Positions 26,409 to 36,456 of a DNA stretch of 64,000 nucleotides are shown piece by piece. The DNA comes from Pontixanthobacter sp. (lineage in GTDB: Bacteria > Pseudomonadota > Alphaproteobacteria > Sphingomonadales > Sphingomonadaceae). The stretch covers positions 1,790 to 65,789 of the forward strand of contig JBGSJO010000042.1 in the NCBI GenBank assembly GCA_041741895.1, written 5' to 3'. The notes under the pieces are model-generated. The model had not been told where the DNA came from. It was given only the letters and a program-made list of their open reading frames with translations, and ran no database searches. Numbering within the stretch: the first letter of the stretch is position 1; the number at the start of each line of letters is the position of its first letter. Position numbers and translations under genes: made by a program.

Positions 26409-26559
26409 TTTTCAGGTCTCGCGGCCGCAAGCGGCTCTTCCGGAATGGTTAAAGATATACGTTTCGGGTCTTTAGACGATGGCGGCTATGATGCAATTGA
26501 TGATTGCCTACCTGTCCCCCACCGCGTGAATGACAGGTTAAGCGCGCCGGTCTAGCCAT

Positions 26560-27756
26560 TCAGCCCAATTTGCCGCGCCCCATCGCCGATGAATAAAGCC
26601 GCCGATACGCCTCGATCATCTTCTTTTCATCGAACTGCGCGCGCGCGTTCTCCCGGTTGGCGGCGCCCAGGACGGCACGCAAGTGCGTGCTGGCGGCCAA
26701 TTCCCGCAAGGAACCGGCCAGGCTGGCATCGTCCCCGGCGGCGCTGATATACGGACCGTTGGCCGGCGCGACCATCTCGACAATATCCCCCACTGCAGGG
26801 GCCACCACCGCAACACCTGCTGCCATCGCCTCAATCACCGAAATGGGGAATTGTTCGCTATCGGATGACAAGGCAAAAATGTCGAACAGACCGACGTAAT
26901 TCGCCGGATCAGGCACGAAGCCGGGCAGGTGGAGCCGGTGGCCGATATCCAGCCGGTCGGCTTCCTCGCGGATCGCATCCTCTTCCGGACCTTCCCCCAC
27001 GATCACCAGATGCCATTCCTCCGGAAGTCCTGCAAAGGCACGTACAAGCCGCGGTAAATTCTTGATTTTTCGCAAACCGGCCATGGTTCCGACCCAGAAT
27101 TCCCCCTTGCGTTTGATCACGCCGCGCAAGGCATCGTTGCGCGGCCTTTTTGCAAAGCCCGCAGTCGCAATGCCATTGGGGATATGCTTTACCCGGCCTA
27201 TGGGCTGGGCCCAGTGGGTCAACGCGATTTCCTCCAGCTTCTGCGATGGAACCACCAGTCCGGCGGCGCGGCCCAGTGCGATTCTGCGGTACCAGTTACG
27301 CCGCTTTTTCAATCGCTTGATCTCGTCTTCGTTGAAACCGTCTTCATGATGGATCAGTGGCGGCAATCCCATCGCTTCCCCGAACAAGGTATGCGCCATC
27401 ACCGCATCGATCGCTCCCCAATTATAGGTCAGGATCAGGTCATAGCCTTTCATCGCCCGCGCCAGTTTTTGCAACCTGCCCAATGTAGGCCTGCCGGAAA
27501 GTGATGGGAAGCTTGCAGGATAAGTAATTGGTATCGTGCGTGAAATATACTGCGCGGCCTCTATGCGATCGGGCACAGCGGAGACAATCGAATGGCCCAC
27601 ATTCGGCCCCCACGCGTTCATCAGGCGTACGCTGCGCAATTCCTTGCCGCCCGCCGCGAAGGTGGAATGCAGGTGCAATATATGCAGCCTGTCCTCCTTG
27701 ACCTGCCCACCCTTGATTGCACCCGGCTTTTCCGGTTTCGTTACGCGCTTGGCCAT
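26560..27756 (-). CDS. Glycosyltransferase family 4 (GT-B)
   Basis: C-terminal E-x7-E block SDSEQFPISVIEAMAAGVAVVAPAVGD. MAKRVTKPEK start at 27756. Confidence 0.85.
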   Translation of the reverse strand: MAKRVTKPEKPGAIKGGQVKEDRLHILHLHSTFAAGGKELRSVRLMNAWGPNVGHSIVSAVPDRIEAAQYISRTIPITYPASFPSLSGRPTLGRLQKLARAMKGYDLILTYNWGAIDAVMAHTLFGEAMGLPPLIHHEDGFNEDEIKRLKKRRNWYRRIALGRAAGLVVPSQKLEEIALTHWAQPIGRVKHIPNGIATAGFAKRPRNDALRGVIKRKGEFWVGTMAGLRKIKNLPRLVRAFAGLPEEWHLVIVGEGPEEDAIREEADRLDIGHRLHLPGFVPDPANYVGLFDIFALSSDSEQFPISVIEAMAAGVAVVAPAVGDIVEMVAPANGPYISAAGDDASLAGSLRELAASTHLRAVLGAANRENARAQFDEKKMIEAYRRLYSSAMGRGKLG

Positions 27757-27766
27757 GGGGTCAGCC

Positions 27767-28657
27767 TCAGCCGACCTTGGCCAGCAAGCGGTCGATCGCT
27801 GCGCGGGAAGCGGGTTCATCCAGCATCGGAGCATGGCCGACATCGGGGACAGTCACCACCTCTGCATCGGGATGGCGGCACTGCATTTGGGCAAGTGTCG
27901 CGGGGGTCAACAGGTCCGACAATCCGCCGCGCAGCACCAGCAAGGGCGCATCGCGCAAGGCATCGAAAGCGGGCCACAGATCGGGCGGTGCAGCGCCATC
28001 ATCCTGCTGGAATGGTTCGGCGATATTCATGTCGTAATCCAGGCCGATACGCCCGTTGGGTTGCAACACCATGCCCCGCTTGGCCATGTCGAGCCATTGT
28101 TCGATGCCAAATGCGGGATAGGCCGCGCCATGCACTTCCTGCAGAGCCCGCGCCGCATGCATCCAGCTTGGATAACTTCGGCCCTGCCCGACATATTGGC
28201 GAATTCGCTCGATACCGGCAGGGTCGATATCCGGCCCGATATCGTTGAGAACGACCCCGGCAAGTCGGGTCGCGTCCTTCGCCGCCAGCAACATGGTCAT
28301 TAACCCGCCAAGCGAGGTTCCCACGGCGACAAAACGATCGATTTCTTCCTGCGCCAGCAGCGCCTCGATATCCGCCACATAGGTCAGCGGATTGTAGGTC
28401 ATGTAATCCTTGGCATATTCGCTCATCCCGCGCCCGCGCATTTCCGGCACGATTAGCCGCCATTCGCCCGCAAGGTGCCGCGCCAGCGGTGTAAAATCGC
28501 GCGCGTTGCGGGTCAGGCCGTGCATGCACAGCAGCGGCGGCCGGTCCGCATGGCCCAGCCCGGGATCAGCCGGATAATCGCGAAAATGCAGAGTCAGTCC
28601 ATCGGGGCTTTCCCAATAGCGGTCCACCCAAAGGAGTTTTTCAGTCACTGTATCCAT
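27767..28657 (-). CDS. Alpha/beta hydrolase
   Basis: LLCMHGLTRNARDF oxyanion region, nucleophile elbow VGTSLGG, C-terminal VPDVGHAPMLDEP. MDTVTEK start at 28657. Confidence 0.8.
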   Translation of the reverse strand: MDTVTEKLLWVDRYWESPDGLTLHFRDYPADPGLGHADRPPLLCMHGLTRNARDFTPLARHLAGEWRLIVPEMRGRGMSEYAKDYMTYNPLTYVADIEALLAQEEIDRFVAVGTSLGGLMTMLLAAKDATRLAGVVLNDIGPDIDPAGIERIRQYVGQGRSYPSWMHAARALQEVHGAAYPAFGIEQWLDMAKRGMVLQPNGRIGLDYDMNIAEPFQQDDGAAPPDLWPAFDALRDAPLLVLRGGLSDLLTPATLAQMQCRHPDAEVVTVPDVGHAPMLDEPASRAAIDRLLAKVG

Positions 28658-28753
28658 TTGCGCGGGACGCTTCCTGTTTTGGCGAACGAAACCAATTGCG
28701 CCCTGATCATAACCGGTCTTGCCATGAACAGCGCGCAGCCCCACTATTGACCG

Positions 28754-30151
28754 ATGCGAGCAGAACCGCAACCCGCCGCCTATCGCGCCGATCCTGCAAT
28801 CCTGGAATTGGCCGAATGGCTGGGGGCGCCTGTGCCCGCTGCGGATTTCCCCGCGACCACCCTGAGATACCGCAATGATCGGTGGGACAGGGCAGTAGGA
28901 CTGGTCGACCTGTCCGAAGATCAATGGCTCAGTCATTTCGGTCGATTCGCGCCATTGCCGGACAATCTGCCGCAGCCGCTGGCGCTGAAATATCATGGGC
29001 ACCAGTTCCGGGTATATAATCCCGAGATTGGCGACGGACGCGGCTTCCTGTTCGCCCAGATGCGCGATTCTACCGGGCGCTTGCTCGATTGCGGGACCAA
29101 GGGATCGGGCACCACGCCTTACAGTCGGGCGGGCGACGGTCGTTTGACGCTGAAAGGCGCGGTACGCGAAATCCTCGCCACCGAAATGCTCGAGGCGCAG
29201 GGGGTCAACACCTCCAAAACGCTATCGGTGATTGAGACGGGTGAGGAATTGTGGCGCGGGGACGAGCCATCGCCCACCCGCTCCGCAGTCATGGTCCGGC
29301 TGAGCCACGGACATATCCGGATCGGCACTTTCCAGCGGCTCGCGGTATTGCAGGAAACCGAACACATGGCCGCGCTGATCGATTACTGCCTGAAATATTA
29401 CCCTGGACCGCCCCCGCCCGCCGGCGCACCGGGACGCGGCGATCCGGCGGTGCAATTGATGCATCAAGTGGTCGAACGGCTGGCCGATCTGGCGGCCAGC
29501 TGGATGGTCGCAGGCTTCGTCCACGGCGTGCTCAATACAGATAACATGAACATTTCAGGCGAAAGTTTCGATTACGGCCCTTGGCGCTGGCTGCCGCGCT
29601 GGGATGCCGCATTCACCGCAGCCTATTTCGACCAACAGGGCTTGTATGCCTTTGGCCGCCAGCCCGAGGCGCTTCACTGGAATTGCGGGCAATTGGCGAT
29701 TGCCCTGCGTAATGTGGCCGATGCACCGCCGCTGATCGCAGCACTGGAGCGTTTCGGGCCGCTGTATAAGGCCGCTGTCGCGCGCCGCTGGATCTGGCGG
29801 CTCGGCGTCACTTCGCAGGGGCTGCAGCGCGATGCCGCGTTGGTGGCTGCGTGTGAGGCGGCAATGCGGGAAAGCGACCTTGAGCCGGAGGTGTTCTGGT
29901 TGCGGCATCGCGGCGGCAGGAACGCGGCTGGTGCATTGGCAGTCGCGTTGGAAGGGTATCAAGGTGCCGGACAGGACGATCCCTATTGGGGCGATGCAGA
30001 AGCGCAATCCCTGCTGATCGACGAGGTGGAGACGATCTGGTCCGCAATCGACCAGCGGGACGATTGGCAGCCGCTGCGTGACAAGGTCGCCGCTGTTCGC
30101 CGGCTGGGCACCGCGCTGGGCGAACCGCCACCCCCAGCGGGCATTATCTAG
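28754..30151 (+). CDS. selO: Protein adenylyltransferase SelO (YdiU)
   Basis: YHGHQFRVYNPEIGDGRGFLF, KGSGTTPYSR and FVHGVLNTDNMNISGESFDYGPW blocks. Confidence 0.92.
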   Translation: MRAEPQPAAYRADPAILELAEWLGAPVPAADFPATTLRYRNDRWDRAVGLVDLSEDQWLSHFGRFAPLPDNLPQPLALKYHGHQFRVYNPEIGDGRGFLFAQMRDSTGRLLDCGTKGSGTTPYSRAGDGRLTLKGAVREILATEMLEAQGVNTSKTLSVIETGEELWRGDEPSPTRSAVMVRLSHGHIRIGTFQRLAVLQETEHMAALIDYCLKYYPGPPPPAGAPGRGDPAVQLMHQVVERLADLAASWMVAGFVHGVLNTDNMNISGESFDYGPWRWLPRWDAAFTAAYFDQQGLYAFGRQPEALHWNCGQLAIALRNVADAPPLIAALERFGPLYKAAVARRWIWRLGVTSQGLQRDAALVAACEAAMRESDLEPEVFWLRHRGGRNAAGALAVALEGYQGAGQDDPYWGDAEAQSLLIDEVETIWSAIDQRDDWQPLRDKVAAVRRLGTALGEPPPPAGII

Positions 30152-30217
30152 CAGAATCGCTCACCAGTTCTTGAATTCAGGAACCGAAATCAGCAGAGCG
30201 GAATTGACCGCAGCGCG

Positions 30218-31714
30218 ATGGCCACTAGAAGCCCAATAGCAGAGCCGCGTTTACTTAAACCTGTAAATAATTGCAGGCCGCAACCGGAGAATTTCGCTAC
30301 AGTGTCCCAGAACGAAATCATTTCTTACGAACCGGCCACGGGCGAGGAATTGTGGCGCGCGCCGGTCGGCAATGTTGACGAAACCGTCGATCGGGCGCGC
30401 AGGGCATGGCCTGCATGGGCTGCGCAGCCCCTGGGAACCCGGATCGAACTGTGCCGCCGCTTCGCCAATGAAGTGCGCAAGGTAGCAGAAAATTTTGCCG
30501 AACTGATTTCCCGCGAAACGGGCAAACCGCTGTGGGAAGCCCGCACCGAAGTGGAAGCGGTGATCAACAAGGTCGATATTTCGGTAACCGCCTATGCGGA
30601 ACGGACCGGCCAGAAAAGGCGAGATTCGGCGCTGCAGGGTTCATCTGCGGTTCGCCACAAGCCGCACGGTGTGATGGTCGTGCTGGGGCCCTATAATTTC
30701 CCCGCGCATCTGCCGAACGGGCACATCATCCCGGCGCTGATTGCGGGCAATGTGGTGATTTTCAAGCCCAGCGAGAAAACCCCGGCGGTTGGCGAATTGC
30801 TGATCCAGTGTTTCCACCGTGCGGGCATGTCGGCAGCGGTGGCGCAATTGCTGATCGGCGGCCCGGAAGAAGGCAAGGCGCTGGTGGCACATCGCGGGAT
30901 CGACGGGGTCCTGTTCACTGGATCGGCGCAAGCAGGCATCGCGATCAACCGGAAACTCGCCTCCAATCCCGGCAAGATCCTGGCGCTGGAAATGGGGGGA
31001 AACAATCCCATCGTGGTGATCGACACCCCGAAAATCTCCGACGCGGCGATGCTGATCGTCCAGTCAGCCTTTACCAGTGCGGGCCAGCGCTGCACTGCCG
31101 CGCGGCGGCTGATCATTACCTCCAAGATGTACGATCCGATTGTATCGGAAGTACGCAGCCTGGCCAAACGGATCATCGTGGGCCAGCCTTTTGCCGATCC
31201 TGCACCCTTCATGGGGCCGGTGATCGACAATATCGCAGCGGATCAATTGGTCGAAAGTTTCCTGTATTTCCTGTCGCATGGCGGCAAGGCGATCAATCAT
31301 CTGACGCGCATGGACAACGAACTGCCATTCCTGTCCCCTGCGATTATCGATACCACCGATATCAAGGACCGGCCCGATGTCGAATTGTTCGGACCGCTGC
31401 TGCAAGTCATCAAGGTGGATGATTTCGACGAAGCCATTGCAGAGGCAAATCGCACGCGCTTCGGCTTGTCCGCATCGCTGATTGGCGGCGGGCCGCAGGA
31501 TTACAACCGGTTCTGGGCGAATATCCGCGCCGGTATCGTCAATTGGAACCGGCCAACCAACGGCGCTTCATCGAATGCGCCGTTCGGCGGGATCGGCCTG
31601 TCAGGCAATCACCGCCCTGCGGCCTATTATGCGGCGGATTACTGCGCCTATCCGGTCGCCAGCAGCGAGATGGACCAGCCGCGCGCCAGTATCGGCGTGG
31701 GTTTCACCAACTGA
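30218..31714 (+). CDS. astD: N-succinylglutamate 5-semialdehyde dehydrogenase-like aldehyde dehydrogenase
   Basis: ETGKPLWEARTEVEAVINKVDISVTAYAERTG and GPYNFPAHLPNGHIIPALIAGN are AstD-like. Catalytic EMGGNNP and AGQRCTAARR. The true start may be the GTG near 30302 (VSQNEII). Confidence 0.85.
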   Translation: MATRSPIAEPRLLKPVNNCRPQPENFATVSQNEIISYEPATGEELWRAPVGNVDETVDRARRAWPAWAAQPLGTRIELCRRFANEVRKVAENFAELISRETGKPLWEARTEVEAVINKVDISVTAYAERTGQKRRDSALQGSSAVRHKPHGVMVVLGPYNFPAHLPNGHIIPALIAGNVVIFKPSEKTPAVGELLIQCFHRAGMSAAVAQLLIGGPEEGKALVAHRGIDGVLFTGSAQAGIAINRKLASNPGKILALEMGGNNPIVVIDTPKISDAAMLIVQSAFTSAGQRCTAARRLIITSKMYDPIVSEVRSLAKRIIVGQPFADPAPFMGPVIDNIAADQLVESFLYFLSHGGKAINHLTRMDNELPFLSPAIIDTTDIKDRPDVELFGPLLQVIKVDDFDEAIAEANRTRFGLSASLIGGGPQDYNRFWANIRAGIVNWNRPTNGASSNAPFGGIGLSGNHRPAAYYAADYCAYPVASSEMDQPRASIGVGFTN

Positions 31715-31717
31715 TCC

Positions 31718-32437
31718 CTATCTTCCGCTGGTAACCAGGTCCACATCGGTCAGCCCGTCCGCCTGCCCCCGCGCATAGACCACAAAGGATGCAGCGCCCT
31801 TTGTACCGCTGATGATGTTGTCATTCCCAACCTTGAGATGTTCGGACGTATAGCCGGCATTGACTGCGCGGCTGTGATAGAATGACAATACATCGTCCAG
31901 CCCGACCGGGGTCAGGAAATTGACCACCCGCAGCGAACACTGCCCCTTGTCGGTGCCGGCAGCTTCCTGGGTGCTTCCCCGCGGATAGACCGGGAACGTG
32001 AGAGGAAGGCGGGCCGCCCACACTGCGGAATATTCTGCTAAGGCGGCGCAATCGGTGCCACCCGGCAGCACGGCCGCCCGGCTTGCCGCAGTCAGTACCG
32101 CAGTTTCAGGGATTTCACCCGCAACCGCCTTTGCCTTGGGCGCTGACTTCAGATGCACGCTGCCGCCCACCATTGCCATCGCTTCTTCCATCGCCCCCTG
32201 GATCGCGGCGGGTGTTGTCAACTCGGCAGGCAGGGATGCATTGCCGTCGCCGGTCAGGGCAGCATTGGCTTCGTTCTGGCCGGCCAGATCAGGATCGACC
32301 ATGATCGGATCATTGAGCGCCGCCTGCGTGGCCGGATCCACCTCGCCATCGGACGGCGCATCATCGGCATTGCCGCCGCAGGCGGCAAGCATCATCAGCG
32401 GAAGAATGGCAACTGAAAGTACGTGACGGAATTTCAT
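31718..32437 (-). CDS. Hypothetical lipoprotein
   Basis: MKFRHVLSVAILPLMMLAACGG lipobox. No family recognised. Confidence 0.6.
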   Translation of the reverse strand: MKFRHVLSVAILPLMMLAACGGNADDAPSDGEVDPATQAALNDPIMVDPDLAGQNEANAALTGDGNASLPAELTTPAAIQGAMEEAMAMVGGSVHLKSAPKAKAVAGEIPETAVLTAASRAAVLPGGTDCAALAEYSAVWAARLPLTFPVYPRGSTQEAAGTDKGQCSLRVVNFLTPVGLDDVLSFYHSRAVNAGYTSEHLKVGNDNIISGTKGAASFVVYARGQADGLTDVDLVTSGR

Positions 32438-32616
32438 GGACGGGCTCCGGGTGCGGTCTGAAGACAGAAATGACGGGAATGTCGGAAGTTCCCACGCATC
32501 CTCGCCAATCGAGGTTAACGAAACCCTTTCAAAGTTGGTTAAAATTGCCCTTGTCCCGTTGAGGGATGGTCCCGGGCCCAATCCTTACGAGACCGAACGG
32601 CAAACGAGCACAAGAC

Positions 32617-32657
32617 AAAAGCGCCCCGCCACATCCTGCGATGTGACGAAGCGCTTT
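32617..32657 (-). terminator. Rho-independent terminator after the glycine-zipper gene
   Basis: Minus strand reads GCGCTTCGTCACATC-GCAG-GATGTGGCGGGGCGC followed by TTTTG. Confidence 0.6.
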
Positions 32658-32720
32658 CCACGGCCCGGTGGGTACCGTGCACCAGCCGTGGTGGGACGGC
32701 CGAAGCTTTGTTAATTCAGA

Positions 32721-33254
32721 TCAGCGGCAACGCGCGTTGCTGCGATCGATCGATCGGCCCAGAATTGCCCCGCCCGCTGCACCAAGAATTGCGCCAAGGG
32801 TGCGATCCCCGCGACCGGCCACTTCATTACCGATCAATCCGCCGACCGCAGCACCGATCAGCAAGCCGGTTGTGCCGTCATCACGCTGGCAGTGGTAACG
32901 CCCGTCGCGGCCGCGCCAGATGCGGGTGTCGCGCGATATACGCTCGTCATATCGGGAGCTCCGGTAATTCCGGTCATGGCCGCGATCATAGCGACTTTCG
33001 TAGCGCCGGTCATCGTAATGGTCATCGTCACGGTCATATCCCCGATCATAACCTCGGCCCCGCTTATAGCGCCGGTCATCACGGTCGCGCCCGTTTTCGA
33101 AAATCGAATCGGCGAGAACTGGTGCCACAGATTGCGTATAGGCAGGGGCGGCCTGCGTCGGAGCCACTGCCATTGCCGGTGCCGACAACGCGAAAACAGG
33201 AATGGCGAGCGCCAATGCGGTGAAAGTCTTGTTTCGTGTCGTCATCGTACTCAT
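32721..33254 (-). CDS. Exported glycine-zipper (Rick_17kDa_Anti-like) protein with an Arg/Asp/Tyr-rich region
   Basis: Signal peptide ...FTALALAIPVFALSAPAMA; RDRDDRRYKRGRGYDRGYDRDDDHYDDRRYESRYDRGHDR; C-terminal GLLIGAAVGGLIGNEVAG...GAILGAAGGAILG. The start is ATG 33254 or 33245 (better RBS spacing). Confidence 0.7.
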   Translation of the reverse strand: MSTMTTRNKTFTALALAIPVFALSAPAMAVAPTQAAPAYTQSVAPVLADSIFENGRDRDDRRYKRGRGYDRGYDRDDDHYDDRRYESRYDRGHDRNYRSSRYDERISRDTRIWRGRDGRYHCQRDDGTTGLLIGAAVGGLIGNEVAGRGDRTLGAILGAAGGAILGRSIDRSNARCR

Positions 33255-33474
33255 CCTCTTGCTTCGTGGCTCATGCCGGTGGCCAACAATCCCGATTCGG
33301 GGATTGGCAGCGGGTGACTCAATCGATGTATTCATAAATAGGCCTCTATTCCTGAACGGCGCGCAACCAGTGATACAGAATTGCGTTCTTTCGACGAACC
33401 GAGTGATTTTCTTCGTCAAGCTGACACGTGTCACAGGCCTTGCCGCGTAATCGCGCCACACCTAAGGGCTGGCA

Positions 33475-34395
33475 ATGAGCTTGCCTTCGCCCGCCCCCAA
33501 GCCTTCGGGCCTGCCTGCTGCACTGGGTGCCTATCTGATCTGGGGATTCCTCCCGCTCTACCTGATCATGGTCAAAACCGTTCCGGCGTTGGAATTTGTC
33601 GGCTGGAGGATCATCTGGACCGTGCCGATCTGCCTGGTAATCGTGGCAATCCGGCGCCAGGGGCCGGATCTAAGCGATGCGCTGCGCAATCCCCGGGTGA
33701 TGCTGACCCTCACAGGCAGCGCGCTTCTAATCGGAGTAAACTGGCTGGTCTATGTTCTGGCGGTGCAATCGGGCCACGTGCTGGCCGCCAGCCTCGGCTA
33801 TTTCATCAATCCCCTGATAAACGTGCTTTTGGGCACACTGTTGCTGGGCGAAAGAATGGGTAAGCTGAAATGGTTGGCGCTAGGCATCGCCGCGGCGGGT
33901 GTATCGCTGCTGCTGGGCGGCGCGCTCACGACCATGTGGATCAGCCTTTCGATCGCGCTCAGTTTTGGTTTCTATGGCTTGCTACGCAAACAGGTGGCTG
34001 TCGGCGCCCTGCCCGGTCTGACAATCGAATCAGCGATCCTGATGGTTCCGGCCATTGCCGTGACCTATTATTACAGCACCGCGCCCGCCGGTTCCTCCTT
34101 CGGGCAGGATTGGGGGATGAGCCTGGCGATCATGCTGGGCGGCGTGGTAACGGCAATTCCGCTGCTGCTGTTCGCCATTGCTGCCCGCCGGATGGATTAT
34201 TCGACGCTTGGATTCATCCAGTTCATCGCGCCGAGCATCGTATTCCTGCTTGGAGTTTTCGTATTCGGGGAGGAATTGCAGCCGATCCAGCTCGCTTGTT
34301 TCCTGCTGATCTGGACGGCACTGGCAATTTTCGTATGGGATTTGTTGTCGCGCCGGAACAAGCAGGCGAAACTGGCTGCGACGCACAGCGCCTAG
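33475..34395 (+). CDS. rarD: EamA-family transporter RarD
   Basis: [18 protein letters not shown]..., 10 TM helices, RarD-like throughout. Confidence 0.88.
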   Translation: MSLPSPAPKPSGLPAALGAYLIWGFLPLYLIMVKTVPALEFVGWRIIWTVPICLVIVAIRRQGPDLSDALRNPRVMLTLTGSALLIGVNWLVYVLAVQSGHVLAASLGYFINPLINVLLGTLLLGERMGKLKWLALGIAAAGVSLLLGGALTTMWISLSIALSFGFYGLLRKQVAVGALPGLTIESAILMVPAIAVTYYYSTAPAGSSFGQDWGMSLAIMLGGVVTAIPLLLFAIAARRMDYSTLGFIQFIAPSIVFLLGVFVFGEELQPIQLACFLLIWTALAIFVWDLLSRRNKQAKLAATHSA

Positions 34396-35435
34396 AGGGC
34401 AAACCGCCAGCCAAGCATTTCGCCCGCGTGGAACGGCACGATCCCGGCACCATTGGCATCCACCAGCGCGGGCACCTCTACTTCGGAGCGTTCGAGCGTG
34501 ACCGTGCCTTCATTCAGCGGCAGACCGTAAAAACGCGGCCCGTTTTCAGATGCGAAGGCCTCCAGGATGTCCAGCGCGGCTTCTTCCTCGAACACGGCAG
34601 CGTAGCTTTCCAGCGCGAAGGGCGCGTTGAAAATACCTGCGCAGCCGCAGGCGCTTTCCTTGGTGCTGACTTCATGCGGCGCGCTGTCGGTGCCAAGGAA
34701 ATACTTAGCTGAACCGGATGTCGCCGCCTTGCGCAGCGCCAGGCGATGCTTCTCGCGCTTGGCCACGGGCAGGCAATAGGCGTGCGGCCTGATCCCGCCG
34801 ACCAGCATGGCATTGCGGTTGATATGCAGGTGCTGCGGCGTAATCGTGGCCGCGACATTTGCACCGGCACTTTCCACGAATTGCACCGCTTCTTGGGTAG
34901 TAATATGTTCGAACACGATCCGCAGGCCGGGAATATCACGCACGAGGCCTGACAGGGTGCGGTCGATAAATACCGCCTCCCGGTCGAAAATATCGATGTC
35001 GCTATCGGTCACTTCGCCGTGGATCAATAATGGCATGCCGATGTCCTGCATCCGTTCCAGCACCGGCCGGATCGCGCCGATATCGCTCACCCCATGGGCC
35101 GAATTTGTAGTCGCATTGGCGGGATAGAGCTTGGCCGCGGTAAACACGCCGCTGGCAAATCCGCGCGCCAGTTCATCCGGATCGCTGGCATCGGTCAGAT
35201 AGGCGGTCATCAAGGGCGTGAAATCCATGCCTTCCGGCACCGCATCAAGGATACGCCCGCGATAGGCCTCTGCCGCTGCGACAGTCGTGACCGGGGGCGA
35301 GAGATTGGGCATCACTATGGCCCGCGCGAATTGCCGCGCGGTATGGGCCACCACGCCGCGCATCACATCGCCATCGCGCAGATGAACATGCCAGTCGTCC
35401 GGGCGGCGCAGCGTCAGTCTGGTAATTTCAGCCAT
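34392..35435 (-). CDS. pyrC: Dihydroorotase (homodimeric type)
   Basis: [13 protein letters not shown] metal site, [20 protein letters not shown]. 347 aa. Confidence 0.92.
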   Translation of the reverse strand: MAEITRLTLRRPDDWHVHLRDGDVMRGVVAHTARQFARAIVMPNLSPPVTTVAAAEAYRGRILDAVPEGMDFTPLMTAYLTDASDPDELARGFASGVFTAAKLYPANATTNSAHGVSDIGAIRPVLERMQDIGMPLLIHGEVTDSDIDIFDREAVFIDRTLSGLVRDIPGLRIVFEHITTQEAVQFVESAGANVAATITPQHLHINRNAMLVGGIRPHAYCLPVAKREKHRLALRKAATSGSAKYFLGTDSAPHEVSTKESACGCAGIFNAPFALESYAAVFEEEAALDILEAFASENGPRFYGLPLNEGTVTLERSEVEVPALVDANGAGIVPFHAGEMLGWRFAL

Positions 35436-35493
35436 GTGGTAACCCCTAAGCGTTGCCAGCCTGCCTTGTCACCAGAATCCCGCCTCGGCGCGC

Positions 35494-36393
35494 TCAAATT
35501 CTGGTGCGAACCAGCAGGGGTTTGAACAATGCGAGGCTCGGCCGGACCATGATCACGAGTACGCCCGCACCGGCGATAAACGCGCCAACTAGCAATTGCA
35601 GCCCCACTTCATCGCCGGTAATCGCGGCGCCCGCAGCAATGGTGAAGATTGGCGTCATCAGCGTCAGCGGCGCAACCAGATTGGCATCGTGATCACGCAG
35701 CAGGCGGAAATAGACCGTATGGGCAAAAACCGACACCACCACCGCCGAAAATCCAAGGCCCGCCACAAAACGCCAACCGCCCGCCATCACCGCACCGCCC
35801 TGGCCGCTTTCGGTCAGCGCGCTCATCGGGAACAGCACCAGCGCCGATACCAGCCCGGCCCACGCCTGGAGGCGCAGCGGCGGCAGGTCGATCGTTTTAA
35901 GCCATACCGATCCCAGCGCCCCGACGATCGCCGATGCGCCCACGAAAATCAAGCCGACACTGCTCGACCAGCCGCTGGGTGACGCAATTGCCACGCCGAC
36001 CCCGAGGAACGCCAGTGCGATGCCTATGCCCCGGCGCCATCGGACTTGCTCCTTCAGGATCAGGATCGCAAACACCACCGTCAGCGGTGCGCCCGACAGG
36101 CTGACGACAGCAGCAGCAGACGGCGTCGCATCGCGCAAACCCACAAACAGCAGGCCGAAAGAACCACCGCTGATCATGAAAGTGACCAGTGCAACCCACG
36201 GCCATTTCGGCGGGCGCGGCTGCAAATACCGGCTGAGCACCAGCACTACCACCAGCGATCTGAGTGCAGCAAACCACAGCGGGGGAATCCCCATCCCGTC
36301 CACCACCAGCCGGCTGACCACAACGTTGAGCGCCCACAACAGGCAGACAAACATCAGCAGAAGGAATGTGCGCGCAGACATGATCCGCGCCAT
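35494..36393 (-). CDS. DMT/EamA-family transporter
   Basis: Ten predicted TM helices and two EamA-like halves. The start is uncertain (ATG 36393 or 36381; the ORF extends to GTG 36447). Confidence 0.8.
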   Translation of the reverse strand: MARIMSARTFLLLMFVCLLWALNVVVSRLVVDGMGIPPLWFAALRSLVVVLVLSRYLQPRPPKWPWVALVTFMISGGSFGLLFVGLRDATPSAAAVVSLSGAPLTVVFAILILKEQVRWRRGIGIALAFLGVGVAIASPSGWSSSVGLIFVGASAIVGALGSVWLKTIDLPPLRLQAWAGLVSALVLFPMSALTESGQGGAVMAGGWRFVAGLGFSAVVVSVFAHTVYFRLLRDHDANLVAPLTLMTPIFTIAAGAAITGDEVGLQLLVGAFIAGAGVLVIMVRPSLALFKPLLVRTRI

Positions 36394-36456
36394 AGCATGT
36401 GTTGTGCAGACTACCAGCGGCGTTGATTTTCTGCGGGAAAGGGCCACCTATACACG

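Noticed and set aside
32468-32492. GGAAC-N15-CATT on the minus strand upstream of the lipoprotein gene, considered as an EcfG promoter.
   Set aside because: The -10 element is CATT rather than the strongly conserved CGTT, and the spacing is off by one.
34392-34395. Convergent rarD/pyrC overlap on a CTAG palindrome, with no terminator.
   Set aside because: Short convergent overlaps are common in compact GC-rich genomes. Nothing else is unusual at this junction.
35470-35506. A 9-bp stem, CACCAGAAT...ATTCTGGTG, spanning the DMT transporter stop codon.
   Set aside because: It has an 18-nt loop and no T-tract, and it lies partly inside coding sequence. It is probably a weak or incidental structure.
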